Positions 39,895 to 53,700 are shown, counted from the first letter of the stretch. The stretch is DNA of 64,000 nt from the human T2T-CHM13v2.0 reference genome, Homo sapiens (GCF_009914755.1 NC_060929.1); one strand, 5' to 3'. The notes: a model not told the origin generated them from the sequence alone. Program-made: numbers and translations.

Positions 39895-42791
39895 TCTTTG
39901 GTGTGCAAGGTAGGGACTTGAGAAGCAGTGAGTGAAATGGGTTCTCAAAACCTCTCACTGTCCTTTCTAAGCCTTTTCATCCTTGAACTTCTGAGGGCAG
40001 GGGAAACTTTGCCCCCACCCTGCCACTCCCGGGGGTTTGAAATGTCAGCCTCAGTCTCCATGGCATTGTCCTCCCTTTCTCTGGATGGACTGGTGAGTGA
40101 TGGCTTCCTCTTTCCCTCACTGGGCTTCCCTCCCTGCTGGGGCTGGGACTCATGGCCTGAGGCACCCTGCCTGGCTGACTGGCATTTTCTGCCATGTGCC
40201 CATGGAGTCTTTCCCTCCCCTGGCCAGAGAGGCCAGCTTCGACTGACAACAATTAAACTTGTCTTCCTGGTGGAAGGGCCATTTGCATAAAATAAGAGGT
40301 TCTTCCTCACGCATTTTTAAACTTTTTCTTTCCTCTTACCCACCCTGTCAGTAGTTAACTTTTAAGCAAGTTATTCTTTTTTCCTGTTGGAAGACATTTT
40401 ACTAGGCCAGGCCCCCCAACTATCACTGTTTATATTCTCTGTAAAGTTTTGGTTGTGAGGAGAGAGGCCATTTTTCCTACTGTCCGCTGTCTCCAAAGAA
40501 AAGGAGGAAGTAAAAACTGAAAAATAACAGACTGATTGGCCCACTGGCCAGGCCTGTAGGTTAAAGATTAACCCCCACCTAACAGCTTGTGCTATCTATA
40601 GATCACAGACAATGATATAGAGAAATACTTGCCTTGCTCACCACCCCCACCTAGTCACATACCCCATGCTTGCTCAGTCTATCATGACCCTTTCACGTGG
40701 ACCCCTTTGAGTTGTAAGCCCTTAAAAGGGCCAGGAACTCTTTCTTCAGGGAGCTCAGTTCTTGAGACACAAGTTGGCGGACGCTCCCAGCCGAATAAAG
40801 CCTATTCCTTCTTTAACCTGGTGTCTGAGGGGTTTTGTCTGAAGCTAGTCCTGCTACAGTTTTAAAAAAAGGATCTTGTGGGGACTGGGTTTTCTTCTGT
40901 CTGTCTGTTGTATATAATGTCTGGAGAAAGAGCTCTAATTAATTTAGCCTAAAGAAAAACAATCCCTTGGATCTACAATTTTTTTAAGGGAAGATAAAAG
41001 CTGTGGTACCTTTCAGTTCATGTGACTTTAACTTTTGAGAAATAAAAACAACCTTAAAGATTATTAGTAAAAAGCAGATGTCTTCAAAATGTAAATAGGT
41101 GGAATACATTATGCAGGTCAAAGTGAAGATTTGCTAAGTGTCTTAAGGTGACAAACTGCTTTTTGGGTTTTGAAAACTATTTGACTTGCCTGCTTCACAA
41201 CTGGTAAGGCCTGGGGGCATATGGAACTAACTATGCCCTTAATTATGCACGTATAACATGATTTAAACAACTTACCAGGTTTCACATTAAAGTTAAAATT
41301 ACTAGGAGTTAACATTAAAACATGTAATTGAAACTACTGAAAATAGATTTACATGCAAGGTGTGTAAGAACAGTAAAATCTTATTTATTTATTTATTTTT
41401 TGGTAAAAGGTTATAAGAAGGCATGAAAATTTAAATTTTTGCCTAGGGTAAAAAATTGTTTTGAATTCAATAAGATAAAGCTGAAAGTTCAAACAAATGG
41501 TGGAAAGATTATGGAAATGAATCTTGCAGATGAGGTTCTCTGTGTGAACATACTGACTAAATTCAAAAAAGATATTATATGATTTCTTTGTAAATTGAGC
41601 ATTGAAATAAAGCATAACAAGGTATTCTTAAGGCACTAATCTGCTCTTTATCAAAATTTATAAATGGTTACAAAAGGTTTTTGCTTCTTTAAATTTTCTG
41701 AGTCATCATTTTGGCAAAATAAATCGTTTATGGCAATCTGGAATTCTATTTCTTAATATCAGTGCTTTAAACATATCTAACAGGCATCCCAAAATCACAT
41801 TTCAGTTTCAAAATTGAATTTTCTGACACCTGGCTTTTGAGATACTTCAGAGGGCTCCTGAGGCATCCAGAAAAGAGAGGTAAAGAGGGTTATTTGACAT
41901 ATTTAGGTACATGGGATTGCCAAAATCATGTTCAGTCTTCTTTAGGTTATATTTTGATGAATAATGCTAATTAATATATGTTCCAAAATTGTGTGGGATT
42001 TCTAAAATTTTAATGTCTAAGTATATGCTATCAATCATAAGTAAGGTTGTCATGTTAAGTTATTGTAAGCCACAGAGATAACCAAAGTTCTTTGTCAATG
42101 GTGTTTCAAACTGTAACTATCCTGGACATTTTACTCTTCACAGACAACTGTTGTCTTGTTTTAATCCTTTTCAAAAGATGGTTTATAATAAACTATAGAA
42201 CTTTAACAGGTGCTCTCAAATACAGGCTTCTGATATCTTTGGAGTTTGTGACATTGGAATAAAGGAAAATGTACAGGACTCATAAATAGCTGAAATGTTC
42301 ATGAATATCAAGCAAAACAAGAGTTTACTAAATGGACTAAGTTCAGAAACTGAAGCAATCTATGTAACCTTTGCTTGGAATATTGCTGATCTTTGTTTTA
42401 TTTTGCAGAGTCAAGGAAACTTATTTTGAACTATTTACAGCCTTTAATAATTGAGTAAGTTATATTCCTATAAACAAATTTGGAGCATGTTTGTTTCTCT
42501 CTGCCTGGTTCCTGTAGAATTTGGAGACTATATGTGAGCATTCTTAACTTATGGCAATATAGTTGTTTGCATCAGTGCAATAAAAATCCATTTTTCTTTT
42601 GCAACAGGATCCAATTGGAAAAATTGGTTATTTTACCAAAGCTTTAACTGGAATGATATGCTTCCATTTAAGGAGTCAAGCTCGACTTGCAGAGCCAATA
42701 AAAGTCCAGTGGGGAAACTGGCCTCATACTCTTGTCTATTCAGTCCCTGTACAGGGTTCCTGACCTGTGGTCAGTAAAGAATGTCACTTTC
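39895..42791 (+). mobile_element. MER61-int/MER4-group non-autonomous ERV internal sequence, 3'-truncated
   Basis: Degenerate PBS 'tggtgtgcaaggtagggacttga' after the LTR; MER4I-type AT-rich blocks ('gtatatgctatcaatcataa', 'cagggttcctgacctgtgg'). Confidence 0.8.
40456..40858 (+). mobile_element. Nested ERV1 solo LTR (LTR15/LTR71/MER41-type 3' end)
   Basis: TGAGGAG..CTGCTACA termini; 'gcccttaaaaggg', 'gaataaagcc', 'ggtgtctgaggggttttgtctg'. Confidence 0.8.
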
Positions 42792-42836
42792 GGCTGGGCA
42801 TGGCGACTCACCTCTGTAATCCCAGAACTTTGGGAG
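42792..42836 (+). mobile_element. Alu 5' stub (~45 bp)
   Basis: 'ggctgggcatggcgactcacctctgtaatcccagaactttgggag', then unrelated DNA. Confidence 0.8.
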
Positions 42837-43190
42837 CTAACATTAAAAATTAGGGTTTATGTTTTCATTTTTATATTTTAATTCCATCTTCCCATAAACT
42901 GTTGGAAGTACTCTTTTGAGTTTGTGTGTCTGTGTATAGAAAATACATATTTTCCAGGCTACTGAATATATACCTAATGCAGGTTAACTTGAAGGAAATA
43001 AAGACTATCTGATTAAGGAGAAGTAAACAAAAGTTGAGTAGATTTTTAATATGTGATAAAATAAATCAAAAAAGAAAAATGAAAGAAACAAATGGCATTA
43101 TGTTTTCAATCTAATCAAACATTTTCAATACCAAATTTTGCCATGTCTTTCCACATGTAACTGATACCAAATTTTTCACATATTTCCTGA

Positions 43191-43630
<440 letters not shown>

Positions 43631-44199
43631 CCTCTTTTCCTTTCTTTACTTTCTTTCCTCCTCCCTCCACCCTGTCTCAACTTCTCCCCTCCTTCTTTCA
43701 TTCCCTTTCAATCTTCCCCAGCAATGTTAAGAGAAAAATCTACCCATGAAATAATTTATTACACTTATCAATTTTATATTAAAGGTTAAAATTAATATAT
43801 AATTAAACACTTAAATGTCAAATCTATGATCTGCAAAGGTAAATAGGGCTGCTTCTAAAAATTAACCACAATTTTACTTTTTATAAATAAGTTTCACATT
43901 AAAAATATTTTTTGCTCCTTCTTGCACAGTTTGTTAAAATTTTTAATTTGTTTTAATTTATTTGGTTTGGCTTATTTGCTGATTAGAACAAAAACAATAA
44001 TATAATCACTTTAGACATATGCATATATAAAAAGTAATTACTGAAGGAAAACACAAAAAAGTTGCAGCAAAATATTTGATTTTTAAATGATAGATCCTAA
44101 AGAAGAAATAAATGTAATATATACTAGAACAAGCTTTAGTAGAAGTCCATTACTTTAATGGAGTAATGATGATCACTGACAATAAAATTTAAAAATTTT

Positions 44200-44292
44200 T
44201 GCTGGCTGCGGTGGCTCAAATCTGCAATTCTGAACTTTGGGAGGCTGAGTCAGAAGACCACTTGAGGCCAGGAGTTCAAGTCTGGCCTGGGT
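44200..44292 (+). mobile_element. Alu left-arm/FLAM-like fragment
   Basis: 'gcggtggctcaaatctgcaattc..ctttgggaggctgag..ttgaggccaggagttcaag'. Confidence 0.75.
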
Positions 44293-44299
44293 CACACAC

Positions 44300-46085
44300 A
44301 TTCATGTTCCTTTACATTAAAACAAATTGCATTTATTTAGGTATATACCCAGTAATTAGATTGCTGGGTCAAATGGAAGTTATAAGTTCTTTGAGAATTC
44401 TCAAAACCACTTTCTACAGTGGCTGAATGAATTTACATTTCCAGCAGGGTATTAGCATTCCCTTTTCTCTGCAGCCTCACCAATATCTGTTATTTTTTTA
44501 CTTAGCCATTCTGACTGATGTTAGATGGTATCTCACTGTGGTTTTGATTTGCATTTATCTAACAAGTGATGTGGAGTATTTTTTCACATGCTTGTTGGCT
44601 GCTTGTGTGTGTCTTCTTTTGAGAAGTGTCTGCTTATGTGCTTTGTTTTTGAATTGAGTTGTTTAATATTTGCTTGATGATTTGCTTAAGTATCTTGTAG
44701 ATTCTGGAAGTTAGACCTTTTTCAGATGCATAATTTGCAAGTATATTCTCCCATTTTGTAGTTTGTCTGTTTACTGTCTTGATAGTCACTTTTTCTGTAC
44801 AGAGCTTTTTAGTTTCATTATGTTACACTTGTCAATTTTTCTTTTGTTGCAATTGCTTTTGAAGATTTAGCTAAAAATTATTTTCCAAGGCCAATGTTAA
44901 GAGGGCATTTCCTAGGTTTTCCTCTAGGATTTGTATACTTTGAGGTTTTATGTTTAAGAATTTAATTAATCTTAAATTGATTGTTTTGTATACGTTGAAA
45001 GGCAGGGTCCAGTTTTAATATTCTGTAGGTAGCTAGTCCGTTATCCCAGCACCATTTATTGAACGGGGAGTCCTTTCCCCATTGCTTGTTATTGTCGACT
45101 TTGTCAAAAATCAGATTGTTGTACATGTGTGGCTTTATTTCTGTGTTCTCTATTTTGTTCCATTAGCCTTGTGTCTGTTTTTGTACCCCAGTACATGCCA
45201 GTACACGCTGTATTGTTTACTGTAGCCTTGTGTTATAGTTTGAAGTCAGGTAGTATAATGTCTCTAGCTTTGTTCATTTTGCTTAGGATTGCTTTGGTTA
45301 TTTGGACTCCTTTTGGGTTCCATGTGAATTTTAGAATAGTTTTTTTCTAATTTTGTGAAGAATTGTGTTAGGGGTTTTATAGGAGCAGTATTTGATATGG
45401 TTTGGCTCTGTATCCCCACTCAAACCTCATCTTAAATTGTAATAATCCTCATGTATCAAGGGCGAGACCAGGTGGAGGTAAGTGGATCATGGGGGCAATT
45501 TCGCCCATGCTGTTCTTGTTGTAATGCACTAGTCTTATGAAATCTGACGGTTTTATAAGCATGCCACATTTCCCCTGCTTGCACTCATTCTCTCTCCTGC
45601 TTCCCTTTGAAGAGGTAACTTCTTCCATGATTCTATTTTCTGAGGCCTCCCCAGCCATGCAGATCTGTGAGTCAATTAAACCTCTTTCCTTGATAAATTA
45701 CCCAGTCTCAGGTATGTCTTTATTAGCAACGTTAGAACTGACTAATACAGCATTGAATCTGTTAATTACTTGGGCAGTGTGCCTATTTTAACAATATTGA
45801 TTCTTCCTATCCATGAGCATGGAATGTTTTTCCACTTGTGTCATTTCTGATTTCTTTAGCAGTGTTTTGTAATTCTTGTTGTGGAGATCCTTCTCTTCCC
45901 TGTTTATTTGGCTTTTTTTTTTCTATTTTTTTTGTGACTCTTGTGAATGGGATTTCATTCCTGATTCATCTCTCTCCTTGGATGTTATTGGTGTATAGAA
46001 ATGTTACTATTTTTTGTACATTGATTTTGTATCATGAAAATTTGCTGAAGTTGTTTATCAATTCTAATAGCATTTGGAATTCTTT
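44300..46085 (-). mobile_element. L1PA15-17/L1PB-like ORF2 fragment, interrupted by THE1
   Basis: Antisense ORF2 ('agatggtatctcactgtggttttgatttgcattt', 'ggagtcctttccccattgcttg'). Confidence 0.85.
45393..45749 (+). mobile_element. THE1 solo LTR
   Basis: TGATATGGTTTGGCT...GACTAATACA; near-TSD gtatt/gcatt. Confidence 0.92.
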
Positions 46086-46732
46086 TCAAAATATGGTAAA
46101 CATCAAAAATGAAATCCAGTTTAATTTATTGTAAATTAAATTGTAAAAACCAATATCAATCTAAAAAGAAACATTCTCACATATAAATAATAATGGTGGA
46201 ATTATTTGCAAAGGCCATCTAAGAAAGAAAGCCAAAATGATTTCTGTGTGCTTGCTATTATTTTAACAGAAAACCATGTCCATGCTATTTGGGCAATGCC
46301 TTTATTCTAGGTTACAATGGGATTCACATTGTTGAAGAAAAAACAGATATAAAATTTGTGACAAACAACTGTTATTTATTTTCCCTGTTTGTAAATGATA
46401 CATGACTGAGCATGATGATACCAGTTCTTTATCAAGGCTTGAGAAAATATAAGTAGTAAATCTTTCTGTGCCTGAAAAGAAGTTCTTTCCTTTTTATTCA
46501 GAGCAAATAAACTACATAACATAAATATGGAACATAAAGTGGTTTTAAAAAGTGTAATGAAGAGAATAGGATGTTTATTCTATCTGAAGACACATTTTGA
46601 CTTTGTTTCAGAAAAATCTCCTGCTGTCTTAAAGTATATCAGAATACCTGATAGCCTCAATGGAGAATTTTGTTTCTTTGACAGAACCCAGACTTTTAAA
46701 CTCTCCCCTCCCTGGGAATGTCAAATTTCAGA

Positions 46733-46915
46733 ATATATATACACACACACACACACACACATATACATGTGTATATATGTGTGTATATAACATATATATT
46801 TATGTTTATATCATATCACAAATCTATATAAAATGTGTGTGTATATATATAGATATATTTATATATATCCAACCGTGTGTGTATATATATGTGTGTTTGT
46901 ATCTCTATATATAAA
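46733..46915. repeat. Compound (TA)/(CA)/(TG) low-complexity microsatellite
   Basis: Visible dinucleotide runs. Confidence 0.85.
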
Positions 46916-47429
46916 ATCTATAATTGTTCTATGATGGTTCTGTTCAGAATGAACTCAGCCTTTATTTGCTCTGAGAAGCCTTCAAACACTTCCACAATAG
47001 TGGTAAAATGTATCACTTTTGTAATTCCACGGTAATCTGATAGTGGCTTTATTTGACTCTTACTACATAAGGATAAAATTATCCATACATTTGACCATAA
47101 GCTCTTCTTCACTTTTGCTTTTTTTTTTTTTTTTTTGATGCTTCGATGACATAGCCTGATGTTTATGCATAGTGGGTACTGAACATATTTTATTGACGTA
47201 TCCTGATTATTTGTTACTGTATTTACATGGTCAGATATAAAATTTGTACTGAAATCCATGTCATTAGGTTAAATTCATCCATAATTAAAATAATTCAAAT
47301 AAAAAATCGATTTTACAAATGCCATTTTCAATATGACAGATTCATAGTAATTGTCACTTTTCTTTAGAAAAGTTTTATGAACTTTGCATTTTCACTCAAA
47401 TCTCAAGGTCAATTTATAAAATCCTATTT

Positions 47430-47593
47430 GTATTCCTTTAAGCTTTATTAAAGTAGAATTTATATACAAATGTTGCTCATGTTTAATGTATACATTTTGA
47501 TGAGTTTGAACATATACATACACCTGTGATAGTATTTTTAATTCCAGTACCAAGGTAATAGACTTATATGCATCGCCTCCAAAAGTTTTCCTG
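47430..47593 (-). mobile_element. L1MA10/L1MB-like 3' tail
   Basis: 'gctttattaaagta..tacattttgatgagtttgaacatatacatacacctgtga..ctccaaaagttttcct'. Confidence 0.7.
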
Positions 47594-47595
47594 AG

Positions 47596-48391
47596 AGCTG
47601 TCGAAAACAAGCAATGGGAAAAAGACTCCATATTTAATAAATGGTGCCAGAATAACTGGCTAGCCCTATGCAGAAGATTGAAGCTTAACCCTTTCCTCAC
47701 TCCATACACAAAAATCAACTCAAGATGCATTAAATATTTAAATATAAAACTGAAAACTACAAAACAAAATAAACTGGACACAACCTAGGTGCAATACCAT
47801 ACTGGAGATAGGAATGGGCAAAGATTTCATGACAAAAACACCAAAAGTAATCCCAACTAAAGCCAAAATGACAAGTGGGATCTAATGAAACTTAAGAGCT
47901 TCTGCACAACCAAAAAAAACAAAAAAACAACAACAACAACAAAAAAAAACTAACGAAGTAAACACACAACCTATGGAATGGGAAAAAAAATGTGCTCATG
48001 GATAGGGAGAATCAATATCATTATAATAGCTATACTGTCTGAAGCAATTTACAAATTAGTGCTATTCCTGTCAAACTACCAACAACATTCTTCATGGAAC
48101 TAGAAAAAAAACTGTTTTAAAATTCATATGGAACCAAAATATGTCCCCAATACCCAAAACAATCCAACGCAAAAAGAACAAAGATAGAGGAATCATGTTA
48201 CCTGACTTCAAACTATACTACAAGGCCATAGAAAAAAAACAGTATGGTACTGGTGCAAAAACAGGCACATAAACCAATGGAACAGAATAGAGAGCCCAGA
48301 AATAAGGCTGTACATCTATGACCATCTGATCTTTGACAAAGCTGACAAAGACAAGCAATGGAAGAAAGATGCTCTATTCAATAAGTGGTGC
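47596..48391 (+). mobile_element. L1P ORF2 fragments in permuted order
   Basis: Downstream ORF2 block (47596-47990) precedes the upstream block (47991-48391). Confidence 0.8.
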
Positions 48392-48419
48392 ATTTTGATG
48401 AGATTTTGAATAACAACCA

Positions 48420-48560
48420 AAAATTATAAATGTTCAGAGTGATGGATATAATAGATATCATTACCTTGATTTGAGCATTATACATTGTATATATGCATTA
48501 AAACATCATAATGTACTTCATAAATATGTACAATAATTATATATCAATTAAAAAATAATT
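48420..48560 (+). mobile_element. L1MA 3' tail
   Basis: 'gtgatggatat..ttaccttgatttgagcattatacattgtatatatg..ataaatatgtacaa..tcaattaaaaaataa'. Confidence 0.7.
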
Positions 48561-48909
48561 AATTTTAAAAATCCAGTGATGTGGATTGTCAAGATGTCTA
48601 CAATTTTATGTTGTCCAATGTCATGTCTTTTAACAATGTGCCCTTGGGCATTAATGATATTTTATACCATATTTCAACCTTATCCAAAGCTTGAAATTAG
48701 ATACAGTAGTAAATTTGAGAAATTTGTACATCAGTGCCATCTGGAATTTTCTGGCAAACCCAAGCCCTAATTTGATAATACTGTATAAAATAGTGACATA
48801 TGTGTAGTGTAGCACTCTATTCAAAATATTAATGCTTAATCCACTTCATTAAAATCCTAAGTCATACTAATACTGGTAAGTCAGATGTTATAAAATGCCT
48901 TTTAATCTA

Positions 48910-48912
<3 letters not shown>

Positions 48913-48962
<50 letters not shown>
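48913..48962. repeat. (TG)25 perfect microsatellite
   Basis: 50 bp of uninterrupted TG. Confidence 0.98.
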
Positions 48963-48964
<2 letters not shown>

Positions 48965-49505
48965 GTTTTTTGGGTGATCTTTTAAAAGCTAATTCTGTCA
49001 TATTTTTGCATGAAAGTAAAATGATCTTAGAAACACATACACAGACACACACACACATACACACATACACAAAGAAAATTAAATAAACCAAAATTATACA
49101 AAGGTTTAAAGGGAATGAGGAGAAAAAGATTCACTTTTTACCACTTTCAAGCAGTCTCTCAGTCCAACTACTCAGAGGTAACTTATGTATCTTTCCATTT
49201 GCATATATTAGTTACTCATAGTTACATAGCCCTATATACACAATGGCACAAATGTATTTTTTATATGCAAGACTGAACTTGAATATTTTTATAAAACATG
49301 GCTCTTTGTTATTTAAAATATATCTCTATCTTTTAGCATCAGAGTATGTATAGATCTACATTGCGTACTTTATGGTTCTTTATTTTATGGCTGCCTTAAA
49401 ATACAGAAATTATTTAATTTAACCTATATTACCAGTAAGTAATATTGTTTCTAAGGTTTTGGTTTTTGAGACAATTATAAATAATATTTCAGTATCTAGG
49501 TAAGT

Positions 49506-49750
49506 GTATGTCCTAGTTTTGTGCTGCTATAACAAAAAACGTGAGTAATGTATAACACAAAGAGATATATTGCCTCCAAGTTCTGGAGAATACAAAGTCT
49601 AAGATCAAGGTGCTGTTATCTGGCAAGGACCTTCCTGCTATGTCATAATGTGGCAGACACATCTTATGGCAAAAGGGTAAAAAGAATGTTAGAGAAAGAG
49701 CAAGAGGAGGAAAATCTACTGTGGACATAGCAAACCCACTTTCATGCTCA
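49506..49750 (-). mobile_element. MST/MLT1-type LTR fragment
   Basis: 'gtgctgctataacaaaa..agttctggag..aagtctaagatcaaggtgc..ggaccttcctgct'. Confidence 0.7.
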
Positions 49751-49835
49751 CGGCTTCTGATTATGTTCCTTCAACTTCTACTATTCCTCTTGGTTGAAAA
49801 TATACATTTCTACCACCTATTAGAAATATTTGTCT

Positions 49836-50147
49836 GGGTGGGTGTGGTGGCTCATGCCTATAATCTCAGCACTTTGGGAGGCTAAGGTGAGAGAATTGCT
49901 TAATACCAGGAGTATGAGACCAGCCTGGGAAACATAGCAAGACCCCCTCTCTAAGAAAACTAAAAAATAAAAGTATCCAGGCATGGTAGAGCACACCTGG
50001 AGTCTTACCTACTTGGGAGACTGAGGCAGTAACACCCCTTGAGCCCAGAGATTGAGGCTGCAGTGAGCTATGAGCATGTCACTGCTCTCCAACCTAGGTG
50101 ACAGAGCAAGACCCTGTCTTAAAAATAATTAAAATAAAAATGAAGGG
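49836..50147 (+). mobile_element. AluJ
   Basis: J-type body; perfect 14-bp TSD AGAAATATTTGTCT (49822-49835, 50148-50161). Confidence 0.95.
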
Positions 50148-50183
50148 AGAAATATTTGTCTTACAGACATCTCTGTAATTTCA

Positions 50184-50539
<356 letters not shown>

Positions 50540-50569
50540 ATGTAAAAAGAAAAAGAAGCGAAGGGCGAA

Positions 50570-50710
50570 GGTAGTGTTTGTTTGACAGCAATAGAGCTAG
50601 ATAGATTGGGTTGAATCCCAGTTAGGCAACTTTCTGGCTACATACTTTGGAGAAGTCACTTACCCTTTCTGTTCCTAAATTTTCTCAAGTGTAAAAAGGA
50701 ATCACAATAG
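50570..50710 (+). mobile_element. MIR
   Basis: 'gggttgaatcccag..ctttggagaagtcacttaccctttctgttcct..ttttctcaagtgtaaaa' core. Confidence 0.75.
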
Positions 50711-53700
50711 AAAGAGGAAAGATTGAAATAAGAATGACAGCGCTCTGCATATACACACAGAGTAAAATATGTCAAATGTAGTGATTCAATATCAGTAGGA
50801 TGACAAAGTAATTAGACTTGAATACATATTGCTCAAAGGAGGAAACTGGGAAAAATTATACAGAGTTCATATAATTAGTTTTTCCATTCTCATGGAATAG
50901 GGTCCTGGAAGCCTAGTGGGAAATTGTTCTGTTTTTCCAATGCAAAAATCACTTAGTATGTTGCCTTTTACTGGTTTCCATTGCAATATGGAAGGCCTCA
51001 TATTTTTACTTGATTTGATGTAAATAAAAGTTGCATCAATTTAAGTGGATCAAACAATTTCACTATCCACCCACTCATTCTTTTATCCATTCATTTTTAA
51101 TGTATTTACACATTGAGTAAACCTTCACTGGTTTTCTTTCAATTGTTAACCTCTTACTTGGCAGTATGAATTTTTTAAAAAAATAAATGTGTGATTTAAA
51201 CAAAAAAGAATGAAGATAATTTTATGACAAATTTCTCATGTATTTTGAGTGAATAGTCAGACTGAAGATGTACAATAAGATCATTTGACATGGCAGTAAT
51301 AATTAAATTTGTGTTTTATTGATTTATATAGTATTTATTGTGTTCTTGCTATGATCCATATGCTCTGTTAAGGGATCAGTCCAATTGCCAACAGTGATAA
51401 TCATTGAATATTTTCTAGAGAGCCCATGTCTGAAGCTACAGTATCCATCTGAAATCATGTGGGAAGAGAAAAATGCAAAGGATATTGAGGCAGAAAGATA
51501 AATATTCATAACATAACATTTGAAAAGATAAACGGATGTTTTGGGGACATAAGGCATTCTTAATTGAGATTCCCATTACATATTAATACATGCATTACAA
51601 ACAGATACAGTTAGTAGAGTAAATAAATTACTTAGGACTCCTGAGTGTTTAAGTGGTTCTGACACCATCCTTCTCATCTAACTTACTTATTCACAAGAAT
51701 TTTACACTGAGAAGCTGACTGTACATAATAATTATGGTATTATTATAGTTTCTTGGTTTAAGTTAGTGAAGAAAACTGAGAGACATATGCACAGAGAATC
51801 ACATTTTTTCCAGTAATTTGACCACTCAGAGAGATAATGAAGAATAAAGATTATCAGGTTGATCTCAGGAACAGAGAATTGCACTCTTCTGAGACAAAGT
51901 TGAGAATCTTGGTTTTAACATTATTTAATATAAATACCATACATATTTCTTTTAGACTCCATATGGTCTCTTAAAGAGTTAGTGACATGAAAAACATGTT
52001 CAAATAAAATTATTCTAACTGTTCAATTCAAGATGAGATTATTTGGAGAGTAAAGAGAGAGGACAAGTGGATACCCTATTATCCAGGTTTATTAGTGTAC
52101 TAAAGCAATAAAAGTACTGAATCCAATGTACTCTCAAAGTCAATTCTCATATGAAGAACAACTTTATATCCTGATGAAGTAAAAGATCACAAAATTCAAT
52201 AGCGAAGATTCAAGGTAATGACAATTTATGGAGGACATATCTTTTTCAGACTGGCATATGGTCCAACAAGGTGCTGGCCTCATTACTGACAAGGTGTGAA
52301 ACTATTTAGAGCAGAGAAACATTTAGGGCTCTACAATAAGAGCGCTGGGTACATTAGCGAAAACAAAACAATACCTTTAACAAAACAGTGTATCTCAAAT
52401 AATAAGTTTTATGGCTCTTTGTTTTTCTGTGCTTTTCCGTGCAAGTATGATAGCATACAGAAATTGCTTAACTAAAGAAATGCAACAGAATCTTAAACTA
52501 ATGGGTATGGTGTGCAATGCTTTAACTTAATGATGTGGCACTTTTTGGACTATCCCACTTTATATGTTAATTTTTGTAATCCTTATAAATGGAAAATCTC
52601 ATATAGACTATGCAACATCATTGTGCAGCATAAAAATTATATCCAAATGATTTTTCTGATGACATGCATCCATTAGAAGGAGCCCATAAAAATGTTATAA
52701 ACATACTTGGATCTGCTAGGTGATGATTTTTCCTGACAAGGTAATGTGTTGTGCTACGAGTAGAAATGGAGTAATACTGTTGAAAAGAATAAAATGACTC
52801 CAGTGTCATTTATGCAAAAACAAAAAATTAAAAAAAAACAGTATAGTCTACAAAAGCTCAGCTATTAAGATAGTCCTTTGAGAATTGTAAGTTTCACATG
52901 ATAATTTTTACAAGCTATTTTTCTAGATTGATAGGAAGTATATCAATGAAGATAGCATTGTCTTAAATTTGCATTTTAATAATTCAACCACTGTTAAGGT
53001 CTCCAGAGCTTCCAAAATAAACATTTTTCCCCTGAGTTTTCTATAATTTGAAAAATAGTTCTGAAGAACTGAAAATGTAAAAATATATGTCAATTTTCTA
53101 TGGACATTATCTTTAATAGTCCTATATCTACCTAATTTTTTTAAGCAAAGACTATATATATATACACAGATTGAATGCAGCATTTACATATGATAAATTT
53201 TTGAAGGTCTGACTAAACTCTTTGTGTTTTCAGTGGTAATTGAGTAATCATTGATTTTATTTGTCATTTAAACATAATACTGAAATTCTCAATATAGACT
53301 TGATTAAAAGTGAAGATTGATAAACACATCAACCAGCCTGTGTAAAAAGTGGTAGAAAACTTTTAACAAAAAAGCAAATTTTAAATCACTTACTGGTTAT
53401 AAAAGAAAAATAGGTTAAAAAGAAATAACATATATGACAATTGTCTACTGACAATATTGCAATTTTTAATTCAAAATTGTTTTAGACTAAAAAAAATACT
53501 ATTTACACAGCTAAAAAATAAATATAGCAGTGGTTGCCAGTTCTGGAAGTGCAGAGCCTAGTAAAAAGGAGATGTTCTTATAAAATCATAAACGCTTCGC
53601 AGAACTAGTTAGGTAGAGAGGACAATTAGTCAAAAGACTGCAGACTATGAACCAATGTGGTGTAACGGGGGAGTTTAGATTCTATATTTATGACCAATGC

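Noticed and set aside
39928-40310. ~120-aa ORFs on both strands after the MER61 PBS, as gag
   Set aside because: No gag motifs; this is leader sequence of a non-autonomous MER4-group element.
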